Shown piece by piece: positions 62,168 through 64,000 of a DNA stretch of 64,000 nucleotides (position 1 is the first letter of the stretch; each line of letters opens with the position of its first letter). The translations under genes were made by a program, and so were the position numbers. Location of the stretch: assembly GCF_036321535.1 (NCBI RefSeq), contig NC_087437.1:25360001-25424000 (forward strand). Direction: 5' to 3'. The notes below the pieces were generated by a model that saw only the letters and a program-made list of their open reading frames with translations, did not search any database and was not told the origin of the DNA. The DNA is from Camelus dromedarius. Taxonomy: Eukaryota.

Positions 62168-63533
62168 GTCTCAAGAACTCCTGTTTAACGTCATATCAAA
62201 GGCTTTTGGTAAACAAACAAATGATGTAAAAAATTGAGGTTATATTTTATTATGGCAATGGATAAGGACTGACCATATTAGTTACTAGAGGAAAATTTTA
62301 AAGCAGACCAAGAATTGGAGGCTTTGAAATAAATTTCACATTGGGATTTTGATTTAAATTGCATTTATTTTAATCACATTTGACAATATCCTGTTACTAA
62401 ATTTGCTTCTTGCTCCATTTTAAATAAAAAATTTCTTTTGTTTTAATAATATAATAAGCAATAAGTGCTGAAATGAAATTTCTGTAGAAAAAAACTCCGT
62501 TTGATTTTCTGAAATTTGTGTATTTTTAGTATCAAGCATCAGGAGTAGGAATGAAATTTAAATGTTCTTAAAATGCTCCCTTTGAAAATTGTCAGGTTTT
62601 TTAACTTTAGCATAGTGTCTCTTAAAGTGTGTTTTTATGACATACATCCATTTTTGGTTACAATCAGAATAATTATTTTATCACATTTATGTCTCTGAGT
62701 GATCAAACTCAACAAACATTTATGGATTAGATTACCTGCCTGTCCAAGGCAGTTTCTGATATATTTATTAATGATTTGAAGTATAATATTCTGTTAAAGG
62801 ATGTGAGTTTAAAAGTGAACCAGTCAGCTCACAATGAGTTACTTCTAGTTCGTTATTTTAGTCAGAGTTAAGGTAGTGAAAATTACTTTGTAGGTCTGAA
62901 GTTGAAACATGTGTTAATAAAGGAAATAAAACCTGAGGTTTGAGATGCTGTGGTATCTCATACCTGAGATTTGATTCACATTGGATGCAATGGTCTATGT
63001 ATTATTATATTAGAATTACAACTGGAGTGATTCAACAATTGTTTAAACAATTTACCACTTCAATATTGAGACAGAAAATAGAACAAAATAATTCATTCCC
63101 TCACTTCCTAACTTTCTTAGTACTGTGTGTTTATGTATTTATATTGGGTGTGTATTTATTCATGCCCAATTTCAGCAAAATTAGCACCAATGACTTACCC
63201 AAAACTATACCGCACACTGGAAAAATAACGAGAAAGTATCAGTGGGAAAAACATGCCAAAATAATTTGAAATGCATTATCATTGCACACTTCAAATCGCA
63301 GAGCTTCAATGGATACAGTGAGCTGGTGGCACGTGCCTTTTCAGTCAAGGACAATTTCATAAAAATTGTAAAGTTATCTGCTTTTACTAAATCCTTTGAC
63401 TAAAGGGCAGATTAAAAGCCCAGGTTTACACATACTTGCCAAATATTTCTGCATCTTCAAACCACTACTAGCCTATTCAGGGGACCAAGTTGTGAGTATT
63501 TAAAATTAAAAATAAAAGAAAGAAAAAAGAGTG

Positions 63534-64000
63534 TAACTTCCATTTACAACAATATGGTAGACTAAATAACCTGACAACTCTTAAACCATAAAACATCTAG
63601 TAGTCCTGGAAAAGTAATAGTTAAACCATTCCTGTTAACCATCTTGTTCACGGAATGGTTTCTCAGTTAAGAAAGTAAGGGGAATTCCCAGAAGCTGAGA
63701 TCTAGAAGAAATAAATTCCAGAGAGATGAAAACAAACTGATTCTGGGAATATCCTGGGGAGAAGGGCTGATCCAGCAAGAAAGGGCTTGGAGAGGGGACG
63801 AAGCCTCAAGTAAAAAGCAATGCAGTAAATTGGAGCAAAACTCCCTCATAAGCTAGAACCTTCCAAGAGCTACAGATTCAATGAAAACTATAATGAATAA
63901 GAAAACAAACAGATAAGTGTCTTCCTGCACAGACAGATGAGAAGGGAGCTTGTTTGTCTCAGCCTAGGCTCCAGGGTCTAAAAAAGGCTCTCTTAAGGAT
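63534..64000 (+). mobile_element. Probable ancient L1M 5' end running off the window
   Basis: 'aacttccatttacaacaatatggtagactaaataacctgacaactc' resembles old L1 5' termini. Confidence 0.45.

Noticed and set aside
61955..62188. ORF with repeated FFLS
   Set aside because: Translation of the (TTTC)n microsatellite.
62740..62800. Peptide DIFINDL resembling the CR1/L3 RT motif NIFINDL
   Set aside because: Only about 7 codons match and the downstream FADD motif is missing; too short to support without an HMM search.
63327..63338. Palindromic E-box GGCACGTGCC
   Set aside because: A single 10-bp palindrome is expected by chance in 64 kb and has no supporting context.
1..64000. CRISPR arrays, operons, rRNA/snRNA/miRNA genes, CpG-island promoter, processed pseudogene of a host gene
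   Set aside because: I saw no regularly spaced repeat-spacer array, no CpG island, no recognisable structural RNA and no host-protein homology. Short exons or small RNAs could be missed by eye.

Overview
AT-rich, CpG-poor mammalian genomic DNA, very probably from a camelid: it carries a tRNA-derived Vic-1-type SINE with a target-site duplication (TSD) at 31.9 kb, and I saw no Alu, Bov-A/Bov-tA, PRE-1 or SINEC elements. I found no host protein-coding gene, RNA gene or CRISPR array, so the window reads as gene desert or deep intron. The only recognisable proteins come from retroelements. (1) A young, 5'-truncated ~5 kb L1 (44179-49144, +) has an open ORF1 C-terminus, a ~400-nt inter-ORF spacer and a full-length ORF2 broken by 3 stops and 1 frameshift. 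It inserted with a 10-bp TSD into a closely related antisense L1 fragment, creating a ~1 kb inverted repeat. (2) A fossil ERV-L provirus (5' LTR, PBS, gag-pol remnant) lies on the minus strand at 36-39.4 kb. (3) An ERV1-like 3' LTR with its polypurine tract is at 54.9-55.6 kb. The rest is older L1M, L2, MIR, MaLR LTR and DNA-transposon debris, microsatellites and several repeat-free blocks rich in homeodomain/MEIS/SOX motifs that may be enhancers. The two most interesting items are the nested inverted L1 pair and the L1 spacer, which holds a U-rich tract, a splice-acceptor-like site and a 75-codon ORF overlapping the ORF2 start. I cannot claim a new biological system from the sequence alone. 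Repeat subfamily names are from memory of consensus sequences, not from a database search, and old-repeat boundaries are approximate.
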